A stretch of DNA of 6,218 nt from an archaeon (lineage in GTDB: Archaea > Iainarchaeota > Iainarchaeia > Iainarchaeales > CSSED10-239): the NCBI GenBank assembly GCA_041677685.1, contig JBAYPN010000033.1, forward strand, positions 1-6,218, given 5' to 3'. Shown here in pieces: positions 4,146 to 6,218 of the stretch (the stretch's first letter is position 1; the number at the start of each line of letters is the position of its first letter). The translations under genes were made by a program, and so were the position numbers. Below the pieces are notes generated by a model, which made no database searches, was not told where the DNA came from, and saw only the letters and a program-made list of their open reading frames with translations.

Positions 4146-6134
4146 GTGGTTTTTATGACAAGCAAATCAGAAACAGAAAATTCTACACAAAATAATTCTT
4201 TTAAAAATTATTTTACCAAGCAAAGATTATTAGTTATTCTTTTATTAATTTTTATTCTTGCTTTTTCAATTAGGGGGCATCTTCTAAAATATGAATATAT
4301 GTTTGAATATGATCCTTATTGGCATTTAAGAGCAACAGGTTATGTTTTACAAGGGGACTTACCAGACAATGACCCTTTAGGTTTCTATGCACAAGGTAGT
4401 TCTGATTATACAAAAAGACCTCAACTTCTGTGGAAATTTACTGCACTAATTTATAAGGTTACAACCTTTGGAGCTCCTTATGATAAATGGCTATTAATGA
4501 ATTATGCAAGAGTTTTGCCTACAATCTTTGGAGCCTTAATTTCTGTTGCCATGTTTTTCTTAGGTAGAGAAATATATAATAGAAAAGCTGGAATGGTAAT
4601 GGCTTTAGTTTCAGCAACAATACCTGCTTTTGTTTACAGGACCATGGCAGGTTTTTTTGAAGAGGATGCTTTGGGTTTTTTATGGATGGTTATAGGTTTT
4701 ATATTTTTAGTTAAAGCAATTAAAAACGCTGATGCTATAAAGAAACATTTAATCTATGGTATACTTTCAGCAGTCTTTTTTGCACTCATGGCTTTTACCT
4801 GGGATATGTTTTTATTAATCCCACTTGTTTTAGTTATTTACTTCATATCAAATCTAATTTATTTACTTTATAAAAAAACAAGTAGTAAAGAAATATTATC
4901 ATTTGTGAAAACATTTTTAACAATCTTTATTCTTTTTGTAGCCTTAACTTCTCTATACCAAGGCACATCATGGATAAAAAAAACTACAAATTATGTAGGT
5001 GATTATCTTCCAATTTCTAAAGACAATGTTGACAGGATTGGAAATAAAAACATTCCAGACACAGACATAATAGGTGCAACTGTTGGGGAAGAAAACACAG
5101 GTCGTCAATTCTTTTTACTAAAGTATAATTTTTTAGTTTGGGTTCCTTTTGTAGCTCTTCTTATAATGATACTTTATCTATTATTTTCAAAAAATAAAGA
5201 TCACTTCACATTACTTCTCTTTGCATGGATTGCTGTAACCTTGTTTATGGCTTGGTCAAAATTAAAATTCACATACACCTTAGGCTTACCAATTGCAGCA
5301 GGTGCAGGATTTTTGTATTATTTCTTAAATGAAAATATAGAAAAATTAAAATCTAACAAATTAATATTTAGAAGAATATTTGCAGTGTTTTTTGCAATCA
5401 TAATTTTTAGTTCTGTTGCTGCAGGAACACATTTTGTTTCAACTAAAGTTCCTCCTATTAATGAAGAACCAGCTTGGGAAAATGCATTCTTTTGGTTATA
5501 TGATAATACTCCAGAAGGCACAAAGATCTTAAATTGGTGGGATTATGGGCATTGGTTAACTTATTTTTCAGAAAGAAAAGCAAGCACCGACAATACCAAT
5601 TCCTCTGTAATCGCTGATGCAAACTTTGCACAATTTATAATTACGGATGATATTAAAAAAACACAAGAGATTTTAGATTTTTATGATTCTGATTACCTGA
5701 TTGTAGATTCAGGTTATTTTAATAGATATAATTCCTTTGCAGCATATGCTTACATTACAACTAATTTTTCAGACCCAAGGGTTACTAAGTACATGGGTAG
5801 AACAATTCCTTGTAATAAATTAAAAGCAAAAGATTTAGATGTGTATGCTTATAGTTGTTCTGGTGAAATAATACCTGAAGACCAATTTTTAACTTACAAC
5901 ACAAAGTGGGTAAACAAACCAACAGACATACTAAATGGGTCTCCAATGTACATTTACAGAGCAGAAGACAATTCAGAAATTTATATATTTAATTCAGAAA
6001 TAAACAATTCAATTTTTGCAAAAATATGGTTTAATGCAGATTCTGTAGATGATCTTTGTGAGATTGCCTATAAGGATCAGGATTTAAGATTATTTAAATT
6101 TAATAAAGATTATTTTAAGACGCAAAATAATTAA
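4146..6134 (+). CDS. aglB: Dolichyl-phosphooligosaccharide-protein glycotransferase AglB (STT3 family), short form. The start may be the ATG at 4155 rather than the GTG at 4146.
   Basis: WWDYG catalytic motif at nt 5535-5549 (residues 464-468). EL1 acidic motif EYDPYWHLR. A second acidic motif, GFFEEDALGF. A TIxE/SVSE-type motif, ATVGEE, in a long loop. TDNTN after WWDYG resembles the STT3 DNNT segment. Many hydrophobic segments fit a polytopic N-terminal domain with a soluble C-terminal domain. Confidence 0.88.
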   Translation: MVFMTSKSETENSTQNNSFKNYFTKQRLLVILLLIFILAFSIRGHLLKYEYMFEYDPYWHLRATGYVLQGDLPDNDPLGFYAQGSSDYTKRPQLLWKFTALIYKVTTFGAPYDKWLLMNYARVLPTIFGALISVAMFFLGREIYNRKAGMVMALVSATIPAFVYRTMAGFFEEDALGFLWMVIGFIFLVKAIKNADAIKKHLIYGILSAVFFALMAFTWDMFLLIPLVLVIYFISNLIYLLYKKTSSKEILSFVKTFLTIFILFVALTSLYQGTSWIKKTTNYVGDYLPISKDNVDRIGNKNIPDTDIIGATVGEENTGRQFFLLKYNFLVWVPFVALLIMILYLLFSKNKDHFTLLLFAWIAVTLFMAWSKLKFTYTLGLPIAAGAGFLYYFLNENIEKLKSNKLIFRRIFAVFFAIIIFSSVAAGTHFVSTKVPPINEEPAWENAFFWLYDNTPEGTKILNWWDYGHWLTYFSERKASTDNTNSSVIADANFAQFIITDDIKKTQEILDFYDSDYLIVDSGYFNRYNSFAAYAYITTNFSDPRVTKYMGRTIPCNKLKAKDLDVYAYSCSGEIIPEDQFLTYNTKWVNKPTDILNGSPMYIYRAEDNSEIYIFNSEINNSIFAKIWFNADSVDDLCEIAYKDQDLRLFKFNKDYFKTQNN

Positions 6135-6218
6135 AAAAGTAAAATCATTTTATATTAAGAGTTAAAAAGATTTTGAAAAAAAGAATTTAAATAAAAGGAA
6201 TTTTGATAAAAAAGATAA

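Noticed and set aside
5318-5521. 67-aa minus-strand ORF
   Set aside because: It is antisense within aglB, which has clear STT3 motifs in the plus frame. It is a shadow ORF.

Overview
AT-rich (roughly 30% GC) archaeal window. The archaeal assignment rests on gene content: TATA-binding protein, ribosomal protein eL21, RNA polymerase subunit Rpo4/F, a DUF655 protein, KsgA/Dim1, an AglB/STT3 oligosaccharyltransferase and a stand-alone 5S rRNA. The composition and compact layout fit a small-genome, DPANN-like archaeon, but that is inference. Most of the window is conserved housekeeping: a minus-strand rpl21e-rpoF-DUF655-ksgA operon, then divergently tbp, the 5S rRNA gene and aglB, each preceded by the same TTTATAAA TATA-like octamer. 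The unusual part is the left edge. A 5'-truncated FGE-sulfatase / C-type-lectin-fold gene ends in a 114-nt block (584-697) with about 62% GC and about 11% A. The preceding 114 nt of the same ORF has about 36% A, and codon usage switches abruptly at the boundary. The block encodes the RGGxW...GLRCA tail and stops 5 codons after it. This matches the expected look of a variable region (VR) of a diversity-generating retroelement (DGR) target gene. No template repeat or reverse transcriptase lies in this window, so the call is a hypothesis. The downstream intergenic region (about 726-900, about 48% GC) carries four ATCGG repeats at 7-8 bp spacing, an 8-bp palindrome, and two strong stem-loops that both have GAGA tetraloops. 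This could be an unannotated structured RNA or a DNA element. Secondary observations are an unusually self-similar TBP (63% identity between its two repeats), a 19-bp tandem duplication in the divergent rpl21e/tbp promoter region, and a divergent stand-alone 5S gene.
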